Notes: a model not told the origin generated them from the letters alone. Positions 24,601 through 38,045 are shown, counted from the first letter of the stretch. The stretch is DNA of 64,000 nucleotides from Eledone cirrhosa (GCA_964016885.1 OZ024743.1:6014001-6078000); one strand, 5' to 3'. A program made the numbers and translations.

Positions 24601-25377
24601 GTTGTTGGCTTCCTCTTGTTAATGATAGTGGTGGTGATTGCATATATGTTGTTGTTGCTGGTGTTGTTGTTATTGTCACTATTGCTGTCGTTGCCTTCCT
24701 CTTGTTAATGGTAGTGGTAGTTGATACTGCTACCTATTTCGGCTGTCTGGCTGGCTGCTGAAACTCCAATGCCTTCTTTGGCCGAAGATGCGGGGTCATT
24801 GGCTATCGCCATTTAGGAGTTTGGTGAATTTCTAACACATTTTGTGGATGTTATTTTGGTAATGGACTGTAGCGTTATTTACTCTCATTTTGAACATTCT
24901 TGAAGTTAATGAACTGACGTTACATATATGTAATAGTTTAATATGGTCACTTTGAAAAGAATGAAAAGAATGAATGTTAGTGATACAAGATGTTTACAAT
25001 TACAGAATGTTTACATTACTGGTCCTGAATTCTATCAAGTGGTCAAAGCTTCTAATTCTCTGAAATAAAACGGAAGTATGGATTGACCTTTCAATCACAC
25101 CTGTCTATAAATAGATTAAGGTTATTTCAAGAGGGAGCTGAGGTGTTGTAATGTGTTATCTCTTCTTGTGAAGCTAGTGCCAGTTCCTCGCCATTTATGA
25201 TTATTTATTTTAATTTTATCCGTCGCAGTAAATACCCTTAATTGTCAAGAGTTTATCGAGTCGGATTAAATGCCCCTGTATCTCATCTTTGAGTGCAAAT
25301 TCCACCGATGTCAACTTTGTCTTTCACCATTTCGGGGTCGATAAATAAAATACCAGTCTACGGTTGATGGATATGTG

Positions 25378-25865
25378 CAGGGGCGGTGGAAGCATTTCTG
25401 AATTTGGTGTGTGTGTGTGTGTGTGGGGGGGGGTCAATTTAGTTATAGTGATTAGTTTAACTCTTTGCACTCTAAAATGGTAATAAAAAATAAAAAAAAT
25501 GGAATTTGAGTCCAAGCAGGTCATATTACATTTACAGCTTTGAATAATTATAAAGTGATTATAGCAAAATGCCCTATTAAATCCGTCTCTGAATACACAT
25601 ACCGTACTAGCAATTGGCAAATAGTGATATGTAGAGGAAAATTTATCACATGACCAAAAAATTTACTGTGAAGGTTAACATAATAAATTACACAGTTACT
25701 ATCAAATATCAATTAAGATATAAAAAAAACTTCGATATGCGATAAACGTAACATATATATAAATTGTAGTTCATATACAAATAGATTTGTTTTGGTTGTT
25801 TGGGGAGGAAAATATAATTGCTAGGGGACCAAGGCCCCTCTCCCCCCCCCCCCCCCTCCCCTGTA
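25378..25865. mobile_element. Non-autonomous DNA transposon (hAT-like end), second copy at about 40110-40345
   Basis: Both copies start caggg(g/a)cggtggaagcatttctgaa and share internal blocks (ggtcaatttagtt; ttcgatatgcgataaac). Confidence 0.6.
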
Positions 25866-26029
25866 GTTGAAATATTAAATAGGATGCTTTGTAGTATCTG
25901 GTCTGGCTCAGTGCAACCGGCAGATAGTATCAGCAATGGAAAGACCAATGGAAACATTTTTTTTACCTTGGGCTGACTTGACGATCGGCTCATTATATAT
26001 TAGATTTTAGACGGGTACGTTGACGTTAG

Positions 26030-26091
26030 TTACTCTTTTACTCTTTTACCTGTTTCAGCCATCCGGCTGAGGCCATGCTGGGGCACCGCCC
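26030..26091 (-). mobile_element. Isolated CR1-like LINE 3' tail
   Basis: Almost identical to 35228-35288, the 3' end of the LINE at 35222-36380. Confidence 0.85.
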
Positions 26092-26544
26092 TAGGTATAT
26101 AGAAAATTTGGTGCTACTCACCAAATTTCTTATATACACAACAGTAAAAATAGATATTTCACACAATTAAAAAGTTTTTCCACTTATCTAACATCAACAT
26201 ACTTGTCTAATGACGGTATTTGTTATTTAGCCAATAGGACTTTGTTGACAATGACATACTTGATTTAGTTCCGTGACTATCTACAACTGTCAAAAATATA
26301 TCTTTTCTATTAGATATATGCAGAATATCGCCAGCTTTTTCGTTTTTCTGTATCCAATATTGATGTTTAAAATATCAATATTATGCAAAAATAATTTCAG
26401 CGTATGCAAACAAAGGAAAAGAAAAAAAATCAACTCAAAATATTAAGATATCTAAGTCACTCCCTGGATAAAACAAGGATAAAGAAAAATAGGAAGTTTT
26501 ATAATAGAAGAAAATTTACATAAATTGTTATCTAAAGTTTAACT

Positions 26545-26550
26545 ATGGAG
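26545..26550 (+). CDS. Candidate start exon (ATG GAG) for the membrane-protein gene
   Basis: actATGGAG|gtaagt: good Kozak context and a consensus donor; phase 0 matches the exon at 39763. The linkage is inferred only. Confidence 0.3.
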
Positions 26551-26719
26551 GTAAGTTGTTTTATTTTAATCACACCTAAAAAGGTCATCTAATTAGTATA
26601 CGGTGATAATAGAGGATGAAAAGGGAAAATGTGTATAATTACAGATTTGTATGTGTTATTCCAGACTATATAAGCTAAAGAAAAATGTTGTAAAATAGTT
26701 GTATGCATATATGTATGTA

Positions 26720-26855
26720 AGGCGGTGAATTAGTAGAGTCATTAGAAAGTCGGATAGAGTGCTTTGCGATATTCGTTCCGGCTATCTGTTCTTTGAGTTC
26801 AAATTCCACCGAGGTCAACTTTGCCTTTCATCCCGTCTACTACTAGGGTCGATTC
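26720..26855 (+). mobile_element. SINE family A copy with tRNA-like head
   Basis: ggcggtgaattagtagagtc...gagttcaaattccaccgaggtcaactttgcctttcatcc. Confidence 0.8.
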
Positions 26856-27061
26856 TTTCTCTATATCTCTTTCTCACTTCCTTTCTCTCATAACCTTCTC
26901 TGGGAGAAATCTGCTGTGTTCAGACCTGGAGAGTAGATGGACTCCGCCTGGTGTAGAAATGCCCTAGAAATGCCGTATGTCAATGCGACTCCATCAGGCG
27001 TTAAGGGTCAAGATAGACTACTGGCTAGATAGATTATATGCATGTTTGTATGTTTGTATGT

Positions 27062-27965
27062 ATGTATGGTCGCATGGTCGGGTCGTCGGCGACTAAACCG
27101 GCAACCCCACCAAGTTTACTTGGTGAGGAGGGTGATTTTGGACACTCTGCAGGGCAAAAAACAAAACCTGACAAAGAGCGGAAGAACTCATAAGAGTTAA
27201 CGGCCATCCAAAAATGTTTAAATATGTATATACACATGTACCGCGTGGTTAAACCACTGGAAGTGAAGAACCCCTAGCCTTTGTCAGGGCATTCTTCTAG
27301 GAGAAGGCAACTCAGGAAACTGGGATAACTCCGATATAAAACCTGCGACTCAGTAGTTACCGATGATGTTGATCTTTTCTTCTTTTTGGGTTATAGCTAC
27401 TGTCGCTCAGAGAGTGGGATTGGCTCAGTGCACAGTCTTTCCTCACTTTAAAAAAAATCTTCACGCACAGGCATTGCACGATAGAATTAATTAATATATA
27501 ATATTGCTGCTGATCGTAATAAATGGAGAAAGACTGTATATGAGGGAAAAGTTGCCTTTGAGGCATCTCGAATCGCACACGAGAAAGTAAAGCGGGATGT
27601 GAGGAAGGGCATTGCTGTTGCACTTCCAGACGGCGAGGGTCCTCCTATGGTGCTGACATGCAGCGTATGTGCGAGACTCTGCCTAAGCAAAGCTGGACTC
27701 GAAAGTCATCTTCGCAGTCATAAAGTAAGACCAGTGGTTGATTACCAGGCTGCTGTTGGAGATGCTACTCATCATGCATGCCAAGCATGTGGTAGAGAAT
27801 GTAAATCAGCAGGAGGGCTCAAGCGACATGCAAAAGTACACAAACTCCAACCACAGCCGGCTATTCCCAGTGAATGTTTTGGTTGCCGACTCTGTGCAAG
27901 ACATTTTAGATCATTGGCTGGGCTAAAAAGCCACATTCGATCGCAGCGCTGTTAGTTGCTATCGT
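27062..27965 (+). mobile_element. Bipartite RTE-derived element: 5' region joined to an ORF C-terminus with three C2H2 fingers
   Basis: The 5' part is homologous to 38650-38955 (minus strand). The 3' part reads AADRNKWRKTV*EG...CSVCARLCLSKAGLESHLRSH. Microsatellites at both ends. Confidence 0.75.
27599..27955 (+). CDS. Open frame with three C2H2 zinc fingers, retroelement-derived (first ATG at 27647)
   Basis: CSVC-x12-HLRSH; CQAC-x12-HAKVH; CRLC-x12-HIRSQRC. Linkers are long and not TGEKP. Expression is unknown. Confidence 0.45.
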   Translation: MRKGIAVALPDGEGPPMVLTCSVCARLCLSKAGLESHLRSHKVRPVVDYQAAVGDATHHACQACGRECKSAGGLKRHAKVHKLQPQPAIPSECFGCRLCARHFRSLAGLKSHIRSQRC

Positions 27966-28102
27966 GTGTGTGTGTGTAGATATGTTTGTGTGTGTGCGTG
28001 TATGTGTATATATATATGTATATGTATATCATCATTGTTGTTGTCGTTATTATTATTGTTGTTATGATTATTATTATTATTATTGTTATTAATGTATGTG
28101 TG

Positions 28103-28171
<69 letters not shown>

Positions 28172-29751
28172 CTTTTTTTTATTTTAATTTTATTTTTTAT
28201 TTATTTATTAATTTTTTTCTCCTCGTGCAATGGCCATACTCGATAACTTTGCTCTATATTCATTCTCAGTATATCTGACTTTATATTGGAGTTGCCATGT
28301 CTTCTAATTTTATGTTATTGTTGTTGATGTCTCTGAAGAATCTTTGGTATTTGATTGAAACACGAACGCTTCTTCCACGAATACTTTATCTTTTTTTGAA
28401 GAAGCGTCCATGTGTTTTTTTTTAAGTATCTTATTCAGCATCTTTTACTGCTATGTTTTGACTGGGAGTTACTTTTACTTCCAGGGTGTCTTTTACAGTG
28501 AATGTATTTTTCACTTTGGATCACTTTATTTCCAGTTCACATAGTAAGGATATATATTTCCCTTTCTCTCATTCTGTGTACTATGTTTTCTTTCCATTTG
28601 GGGGCCTGGGATTCTCTATTAGATGAAACCTGGTTTTCTTCGATACCTACCACTGAAATACAATCCGACTTTATAACCATGCATTCACATTTCTGATCAC
28701 TATCTCACATGCCTTCAGTTGTGTAGAATGCATATAACACTCCTTAGTAGCCTTCGTAATCCAGCGTTTTCTCTTAAATTTTCTTTTCTTTTTGACATTG
28801 ACATTAAGCGATGGGTTTGTCTGTTTAGTGTTAGTTTTTGAGAAGGTATCGTCTTTGAATTTCACATTCGGAACTATAAAACCCATAGTTTTATAGGTGA
28901 TAGATCTAATTTTGAGCATTGTTAACAATTAAAATTTTTTTAAATGTCAGAAGTGTGTGTGTATGCGTGGGTGCGTGTATGTGAGTGTATGTATTATTAA
29001 TATTAAATTTCATGTGTAATAAGTTTTGTACGAGTTTAGTAGACCACCCCGTTGTTTTCTTATTGTCTCTTCTGCTGACCTCGTTTTATGCGGATGTTAT
29101 TAGATAAAGTCGTCTGTCTATAAATTTAAGTTTTAGTCATACATATTGGTCTGCCTTTAACATATCTTTCTTTATTTCCATATCAAATTTAATCATATTT
29201 TGGTGATGTTATCAATTTATTTGACATATTACGAATGCCCATGTTATTGATGAAGTCATTGTTGTTGAACATCAGACAAAATGTCTTGTATTTGTTTCGG
29301 TTCGTTATATTCAAGGTTGAAATCCCACCTGGGTCAGCTTTTATTTCATCCTTCCAGGGTCGATAAAAATAGCAATACTCAAGTACTGTCTAAGTTTAAA
29401 GTCTGTCTTAAGCCAGAAGTATTGTTAGGCCAGTGCTTATCCCGGTTTTATGGCGTGAAGTGACTGATAGTCGTTGAACAGGACGCCAGTTCATCGCAGG
29501 GTTAAACAAACAGCCATTCCTGGTACTCATTTTCAGCTGAGTATACTCGAGCGACGTGAAATGAAGTGCTTTGATGAAGAACACAACATGCAACCCAGCC
29601 CAGGAATCGAACCCACGACTCAAGTATTGGGGGCGATTTAATCGGATACTCCACCCTCCCGCAAAAAATATATTGGCTGCGTGCTTATGTTAGAAATGGT
29701 TATTATACGTGTCACAGAATGCCGTCGTTGATGATGACACGTGCTGGGGCT

Positions 29752-29862
29752 GATATATCTACATACATATATATACATACATATATATACACACATATAT
29801 ATACATACATACATATATATATACATACATACATATACATACATACACATACATATATATAC

Positions 29863-29896
<34 letters not shown>

Positions 29897-29919
29897 ATAT
29901 ACATACATATACATATACA

Positions 29920-29951
<32 letters not shown>

Positions 29952-30067
29952 CATACATACACATACATACATATACATACATATATATATACATACATAT
30001 ATATATATACATACATATATCTATACATACATACATACATACATACATACATACATACATACATACA

Positions 30068-30103
<36 letters not shown>

Positions 30104-30110
30104 TACATAA
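29752..30110. repeat. (TA)/(TACA) compound microsatellite
   Basis: Directly visible. Confidence 0.98.
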
Positions 30111-30767
30111 AGAATGTCATCTCGCTACTACCTCCCCATGAGACACGATGGGATAGCTAGAACCATCTGGAACGCACTTCGGAAAACAAAATTAACAACA
30201 AACGAGGAAGAATATATTGAGACAGATGGCACTAAGGAATACTGGTGGGACCTGAAAATAAAAACTGCCACCAAATTAAAGCACAACCGGCTTGATATTT
30301 TTATTTGGGACCACACATTGAAAACGTGTTCTGTTGTGGAGATCAGCTGCCGACTTGTATAAACGTTGTCAGAAAAATACAGGAGAAGGAGGACATCTAC
30401 GGACCATTGATGAGAAGTTTACAAATCCAGTATCCAAGATACACCTTTAGCTTCATACCCATCATTATTGGAGCTACGGGTTATATACCAACCCGCTTGG
30501 ACCAAAGTATGACTGAACTTGGATTTGCGGACAAAGAGCGCAGCTCCCTAATTCATAGTCTACAAATGGCTGCGATAGCTGGCACCTTCAAAATTTGCAA
30601 AACATTCTTGCGATTCAAGGGATGACAATTTCTTTTCTTTTACAACCTTGCCACCAGGAAGGTGGCCGGTCAAAAAAATATACTCGAAATTAAGAGAAAG
30701 AGGTAACATATATATATATACATACATATAATTGGAGGCATAGTAAAATCGAATCTTTGGCAGTGTG

Positions 30768-30770
<3 letters not shown>
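30110..30770 (+). mobile_element. R4/NeSL-like non-LTR 3' fragment (RLE domain) between microsatellites
   Basis: [10 protein letters not shown]...WWDLKIKT...HNRLDIFIWD...VVEISC, frameshift, then KEDIYGPL...IPIIIGATG. Confidence 0.82.
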
Positions 30771-30835
<65 letters not shown>

Positions 30836-30902
30836 CAAATAACGAAACGAAATTAAATTTCGTTTCGCTTTTAACTCACTTTTGTATGACTGACGCTTAA
30901 AC

Positions 30903-31477
30903 AATTAAGTTAAAAGTGTACATCTACATATGTATACGGAAATATTAGTATGCATATAAATACACACATGTATACATATGTACATGTACTGAGTTTTGCA
31001 CTGGACACTTTACTGTGAGTGTCCAGCTAGTCTGTATGTAAACAAACAGACAAACCGGGTTTTAGAGTCATACGGGTTTTCAAGGAAACACATTTCCTCT
31101 ATTCTCCAGAGCACGTTCTATGCAAATTAGTCTGCCCACTACTAATTTTCATAGAAAAAGCATATAACGATATGTGCTTTTACGATTCTCTAGAGAAGCC
31201 GGAAGATGGGTATATATTGCTGATGAGATGTAATAACATCGAAACTAGTCCAATATTCCTGTCTGGCTCTCTGGAGAATAGAGGAAATGTGTTTCCTTGA
31301 AAACCCGTATGACTCTAAAACCCGGTTTGTCTGTTTGTTTACATACAGACTAGCTGGACACTCACAGTAAAGTGTACAGTGAAAAACTCAGTACATGTAC
31401 ATATGTATACATGTGTGTATTTATATGCATACTAATATTTCCGTATACATATGTAGATGTACACTTTTAACTTAATT
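30903..31477. mobile_element. Fold-back element: about 209-bp near-perfect inverted arms around a hammerhead-containing spacer
   Basis: 30903-31111 is the reverse complement of 31269-31477 with about two mismatches; next to (TA)n. Confidence 0.88.
31214..31256 (+). ncRNA. Minimal type I hammerhead ribozyme, apparently intact
   Basis: Stem I atattg/caatat; core CTGATGA (31220-31226); stem II gatgt-aata-acatc; GAAA (31241-31244); palindromic short stem III ACTAGT; GUC cleavage triplet at 31248-31250. Confidence 0.9.
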
Positions 31478-31622
31478 ATATATATATATATGCAAAAGTT
31501 TTATTTAAGATTGTTAGGTTACAACGAGTAAATATTTTATAACTGATATAAAAGCACTCAACAGTTTCTGGAGTAGGTTTACGATATTAAACAAATGGAA
31601 ACTATATTTATAAAACCATATT

Positions 31623-31688
31623 TATTTCGTTATATATATTTCTGGGATATCATATTAAAAATATGGTATGCATTCCTCAGACAAAATA
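31623..31688 (-). ncRNA. Type I hammerhead motif in left pLTR (imperfect stem II)
   Basis: Reverse complement of the motif at 35097-35162. Confidence 0.65.
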
Positions 31689-32784
31689 CAATACATAAGC
31701 TGTTTTATAAATAATTAGTGACATATCTTGTAATAATGCAACTTCCATTTAAAAAGTTGATTTGGTAGTGAAACTGTTATGACAGTTATATAAAAAGAAA
31801 AACGAAGATGAGCAGAAGAAGATGAAGAGATGTATGTAAATAAAGAAAAGAAGAAGATGAAGAGATGTATGTAAAGAAAAACAACGGAGCGAGATAGAGA
31901 GACAAGGAGATATGATAGAGAGAAATACATTGAAGAGGTGAAAAAAAAAATATAGTAGGCTGCCTTTGGACAGATGATCACCGTATATGTGAGAGGTTAA
32001 GGGAAGGGATACAGTTAAACTAGTGTATAGGAGAAAAAGAAAGAAAGATGATATGTTTAAAATATATTAAAAATATATTATGTCTCATCCATTTGAATTA
32101 TCAATTTTTATGAATTAGGTATTATAATGTAAATATCGGTATTCATGAATGAGACACATATCCATAATGTGTGAAAAATTGACCACATGCTCAGTTTAAA
32201 AATTCTTAGGTCTATAAGCAAAATCTGAGATAAAACTTCAAACATAAGTATATATGCATTCTCGTGAAAAAAAAAAGAGAAAAGAGAAGGTTATCTCAAA
32301 TTCAAGTTGATAAATATAGACACACATGTGAACCTACGTGATACGCTCCACAGATTCTTATATTTCATGAAAAACTTCAATGTGTCAGAAAAGATTCCAC
32401 CCTACATACATTTACATACATATATACATATATAAAGACATAAAATATATAAGATATACATTAACATCTAAAATAACATTTCAGCCTCACATGCATGATC
32501 ATCGATCAAGCATAGAGTAGACAACAGATATCAATATTAAAATTAAAAACGCCAAGAATATCTTCGTCACTCCACAGAGTATCTAGGGACGCAAGAGAAC
32601 ATAGTATGCCACGCATATCGGTCACATATAATCAGAATCAAAAGCAAACAAAACCAAAATTGTTCACCAAGCCTTATTTAGCAGAAATCATTCAAAACTT
32701 ATTCTACAAATGCTCTTATATTTATTATAGAAGTTTATCCAGCTTAAAAATTTATTCAAAAGATTGGGAACAACGCCAATTACC

Positions 32785-33864
32785 TTAATCTTAAAATAGA
32801 AATTGAGAATAACCATAGAATAGTCAATTTCCTAGACGTAACATTTAATCTCAACACATGTCTTCACTATCCATTTCACAAGTTAAATGAAAACTTGAAT
32901 TATGTCAATTTTAGCTCCAATCACCCCAGATCTGTCAAAAATACTATAGTGAACTCTGTTCAAAAACGTATCTCTAGAATCTCTTCCAATAAAAATATTT
33001 TTGACGAAAAAGCCCAGTATTATAATGAAGCTTTAGCTAGAGCAGGATATAGTGATAAAATTATGTACATCGATAATAGACAAACTAACCAAAATAACAA
33101 CAATTTTAATTACAGTAACAACTTTAACAACTATAATAGAAAGCACTACAATAATTTCAAAAACCAGAAAAGAAATAGAACTAGAAATATAATATGGTTT
33201 GCCCCCCCCTTTCTCACTAAACATTAAAACCCACATCGCTAAACTATTTTTTAATGCTCTTGACAAACGCTTCCCTAGAACACATAAGTATCACTCAATT
33301 TTTAATAGACATACTATAAAATTAACGTACTCGTCCACCAAAAATTTAGCACAAAATATTAATAGAATAAATAATAGGAATCTAAAACCTAGCCAAAATA
33401 CCGAAAATAGCCTAAACAATATTCAACTAAAAAACTGTAACTGTAGAGATAGATCTAAATGTCCGCTAAATAACAATTGCTTAGTTAAAAATATAATATA
33501 CAACTGTAATGTTAGAACTGATTTAAATTCTTTTAATTATGTTGGTTCCACCTCGACAGAATTTAAACTTCGCTATAATAATCACAAAAATTATTTCACG
33601 GATCCAAATAAAAAATCCTCAACATCGCTGTCAGGGTTACTCTGGCAACTTAAGCATGATAAAGTTGGATATTCGATGGTTTGGAATATAGTCTCAAAAG
33701 GGATTCCTTTTAATTCCTCTTCTGAGACATGTGACCTCTGCGCGGAGGAGATATTCTTTATACTAAAATCTAAAAATTCCCTTAATTTACGAACCAATTT
33801 ATTCAGCTGTTGCAGAAATAGATTGAACTCAACATTTAAATATAAATATAAATTTAAAATGTAG
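32785..33864 (+). pseudogene. Penelope RT C-terminus plus GIY-YIG endonuclease, one frameshift at the poly-C near 33202-33209
   Basis: VNFLDVTFNL, SNHP, WFxPPF, CNCR..CPL..NC linker, NIIY...YVG (GIY-YIG), CDLC..E. Confidence 0.92.
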
Positions 33865-35096
33865 TATAAAATGTAGTATATTTACTTAAGGTATTTGACT
33901 ATTTATGAAACTTGGCGATAAATCTTTCGATTCCTTCAATTTTTTTTTTTAAAAACCTTTCTGCATGAATATATAATTAATGAGATTAAATAAACTACCC
34001 TAAAATTGGCGTTGTTCCCAATCTTTTGAATAAATTTTTAAGCTGGATAAACTTCTATAATAAATATAAGAGCATTTGTAGAATAAGTTTTGAATGATTT
34101 CTGCTAAATAAGGCTTGGTGAACAATTTTGGTTTTGTTTGCTTTTGATTCTGATTATATGTGACCGATATGCGTGGCATACTATGTTCTCTTGCGTCCCT
34201 AGATACTCTGTGGAGTGACGAAGATATTCTTGGCGTTTTTAATTTTAATATTGATATCTGTTGTCTACTCTATGCTTGATCGATGATCATGCATGTGAGG
34301 CTGAAATGTTATTTTAGATGTTAATGTATATCTTATATATTTTATGTCTTTATATATGTATATATGTATGTAAATGTATGTAGGGTGGAATCTTTTCTGA
34401 CACATTGAAGTTTTTCATGAAATATAAGAATCTGTGGAGCGTATCACGTAGGTTCACATGTGTGTCTATATTTATCAACTTGAATTTGAGATAACCTTCT
34501 CTTTTCTCTTTTTTTTTTCACGAGAATGCATATATACTTATGTTTGAAGTTTTATCTCAGATTTTGCTTATAGACCTAAGAATTTTTAAACTGAGCATGT
34601 GGTCATTTTTTCACACATTATGGATATGTGTCTCATTCATGAATATTGATATTTACATTATAATACCTAATTCATAAAAATTGATAATTCAAATGGATGA
34701 GACATAATATATTTTTAATATATTTTAAACATATCATCTTTCTTTCTTTTTCTCCTATACACTAGTTTAACTGTATCCCTTCCCTTAACCTCTCACATAT
34801 ACGGTGATCATCTGTCCAAAGGCAGCCTACTATATTTTTTTTTTCACCTCCTCAATGTATTTCTCTCTATCATATCTCCTTGTCTCTCTATCTCGCTCCG
34901 TTGTTTTTCTTTACATACATCTCTTCATCTTCTTCTTTTCTTTATTTACATACATCTCTTCATCTTCTTCTTCTCATCTTCGTTTTTCTTTCTATATAAC
35001 TGTCATAACAGTTTCACTACCAAATCAACTTTTTAAATGGAAGTTGCATTATTACAAGGTATGTCACTAATTATTTATAAAACAGCTTATGTATTG

Positions 35097-35162
35097 TATT
35101 TTGTCTGAGGAAGGCATACCATATTTTTAATATGATATCCCAGAAATATATATAACGAAATA
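35097..35162 (+). ncRNA. Type I hammerhead motif in right pLTR (imperfect stem II)
   Basis: Stem I tattttgt/acgaaata; CTGAGGA; long stem II with catatt/aatatg; GAAA; palindromic tatata stem III; AUA triplet. First stem II pair is an A.A mismatch. Confidence 0.7.
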
Positions 35163-35221
35163 AATATGGTTTTATAAATATAGTTTCCATTTGTTTAATA
35201 TCGTATATATATATATATATA

Positions 35222-36377
35222 TTCTTTTACTCTTTTACTCTTTTACCTGTTTCAGCCATCCGGCTGAGGCCATACTGGGGCACCGCCCTTGTTGCTACAC
35301 ATTTTATCTCCAGCCTCTATAGGTTGGCCACTGGTGTAGGAGGGAGTTTGTTGCTGCTGCCCTTAGGTTTCCCTCGTGTCTTGCTGTGGGCTCATCCGGG
35401 ATCCTGGATAACAAGGTGTCGAGATGTTTCTTAAAGACATCCACCTCCACGTCATGCAAGTCTCTCAGATGCCTCGGCAGCCTGTTGAAGAGTTGAGGGC
35501 CCTTGAATCCCAGGCTATTGCAATACCTGCTCCTTATTCTAGATGTGGAAGACGGGACCTTTGGCACCACACAGTGACGTCCTGTTGGACGGTTTGTCCA
35601 GCTCCCAATGCCAAAGTTTGGTGCTAGTCCCTCCAGGATTTTCCACATGTAGATCACTGCGTATCTCTCCCGTCTTCGCTCCAAGGAGTAGAGGTTCAGT
35701 TCCTTTAGCCTCTCCCAGTAGCTTGTCTCCCTCATCTTGGCAATCCTCTTGGTGTAGCTTCGCTGGATTGCCTCAAGCACCGTGGTCAGTTTGACACTAT
35801 GGGGTGACCACAACTGGGAGCAGTAGTCCAGGCGGCTTAGGACAAAAGTCCTCCACAGTGTCAACATGGTGTCTCGATCTCTTGTCCGGAAAGTCTTCAA
35901 GATCCAGCCAGCGAGTCGTCTGCACGTTGTCGCCACTTTCATGATGTGTGAAGAAAAAGATGCATCATCGCTCATGTCTATGCCCAGGTCTCGTATCGAT
36001 TTTGACACGGGGATATCGGTCCCTCCTGGTCCTGTGTAGCTGTGTTCCACTATATTTGTGTTTGCAGGTTTGTATTGTAGGGCTTGGAATTTGCCAGCAT
36101 TAAACTGCATGTTGTTTTCTTCCGCCCATCTGTATATGGCATCCAGATCCTGCTGTAAAAGGGCAGCGTCAGCCGGGTTTTTGATTGCCTGTGCTACCTT
36201 AGTGTCATCAGCATAGCTAGTGAGGGATGTTGTTGCATGCACCACAGAGGGCATGTCCGAGAGAGCCACCAAAAACAGTAGTGGTCCCAGGACTGTCCCC
36301 TGGGGCACCCCACTTGTTATCGGTGTTTCCCTCGAGAGGGCCCCATTTGCTGCGACTGCCTGGCTTCTGTCCCTTAA

Positions 36378-36380
<3 letters not shown>
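35222..36380 (-). mobile_element. CR1/Jockey-group LINE, 5'-truncated, open RT C-terminal half with 3' tail
   Basis: [33 protein letters not shown] in a stop-free frame to 35304. The 3' end has a hairpin and a (GTAAAAGA)n tail; the 5' junction is at (TA)n. Confidence 0.93.
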
Positions 36381-37421
<1,041 letters not shown>

Positions 37422-37432
37422 CATATATATAT

Positions 37433-37500
<68 letters not shown>

Positions 37501-37534
37501 ACATACATGCATATATATATATATATACATACAT

Positions 37535-38045
37535 ATTTATTAAAATAACAGATTAAAGTTTAAGCAAAGAATAGCTGCCCTCACCCTTAACGGGATCCTC
37601 TGAAACCAACAAAGTCAATCTGTGAACGCAGAAGTGAATATTTCGAAAAATGTTGCAACCGGTGGAAGACAGGAAGACGATACTTTGGTTCGTGGAAACG
37701 TTCCCTGGCAAAGAACGGGAAAAAACGAATAATACGTCATTATTTGGAGCGGTGAAAAACAATTACGCGCAAAGACAGAACCACGTTTATGGTATAAAAG
37801 AAGTCGTACACAAATATTCTCTTAGGTGGTTCATAGAGACGTTCTCGAGCAATGGACGGAAAAAACGAAGATAATGCGTCATATGTGGAGCGGATTGACT
37901 CTGTTAGTTTCAGAAGATCCCGCCAAGGGGGAAAGCAGCGATTCCCCGCTCAAACTTCAATCCGTTGTTTTAATAAATATTTGCTCGACGGTTCATATAT
38001 ATTTATCCTTATCGAGCCCTTTTTGGATTTTAGTCTTCAAATTTA
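37535..38045. repeat. Fold-back repeat between (TA)n tracts (diverged inverted arms plus internal direct repeat)
   Basis: About 37535-37620 is inverted relative to about 37893-37980; a direct repeat of about 65 bp lies at 37686-37752 and 37827-37893. Confidence 0.65.

Larger units (their letters stand above)
31490..35205 (+). mobile_element. Penelope-like element (Neptune type), 5'-truncated, with inverted pseudo-LTRs
   Basis: 31580-32781 and 34004-35205 are near-identical inverted repeats of about 1.2 kb enclosing RT-thumb and GIY-YIG coding sequence; (TA)n at both outer ends. Confidence 0.93.

Noticed and set aside
27599-27955. Classical Kruppel-type host ZNF gene
   Set aside because: No TGEKP linkers, it continues from an RTE C-terminal motif, and the last finger recurs in other repeat copies. 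Kept as retroelement-derived.
28330-28370. Additional hammerhead (CTGAAGA-atc...gatt-GAAA-cacg)
   Set aside because: No NUH triplet or stem I pairing; at best a very decayed relic. The similar string near 57414-57470 was rejected for the same reason.
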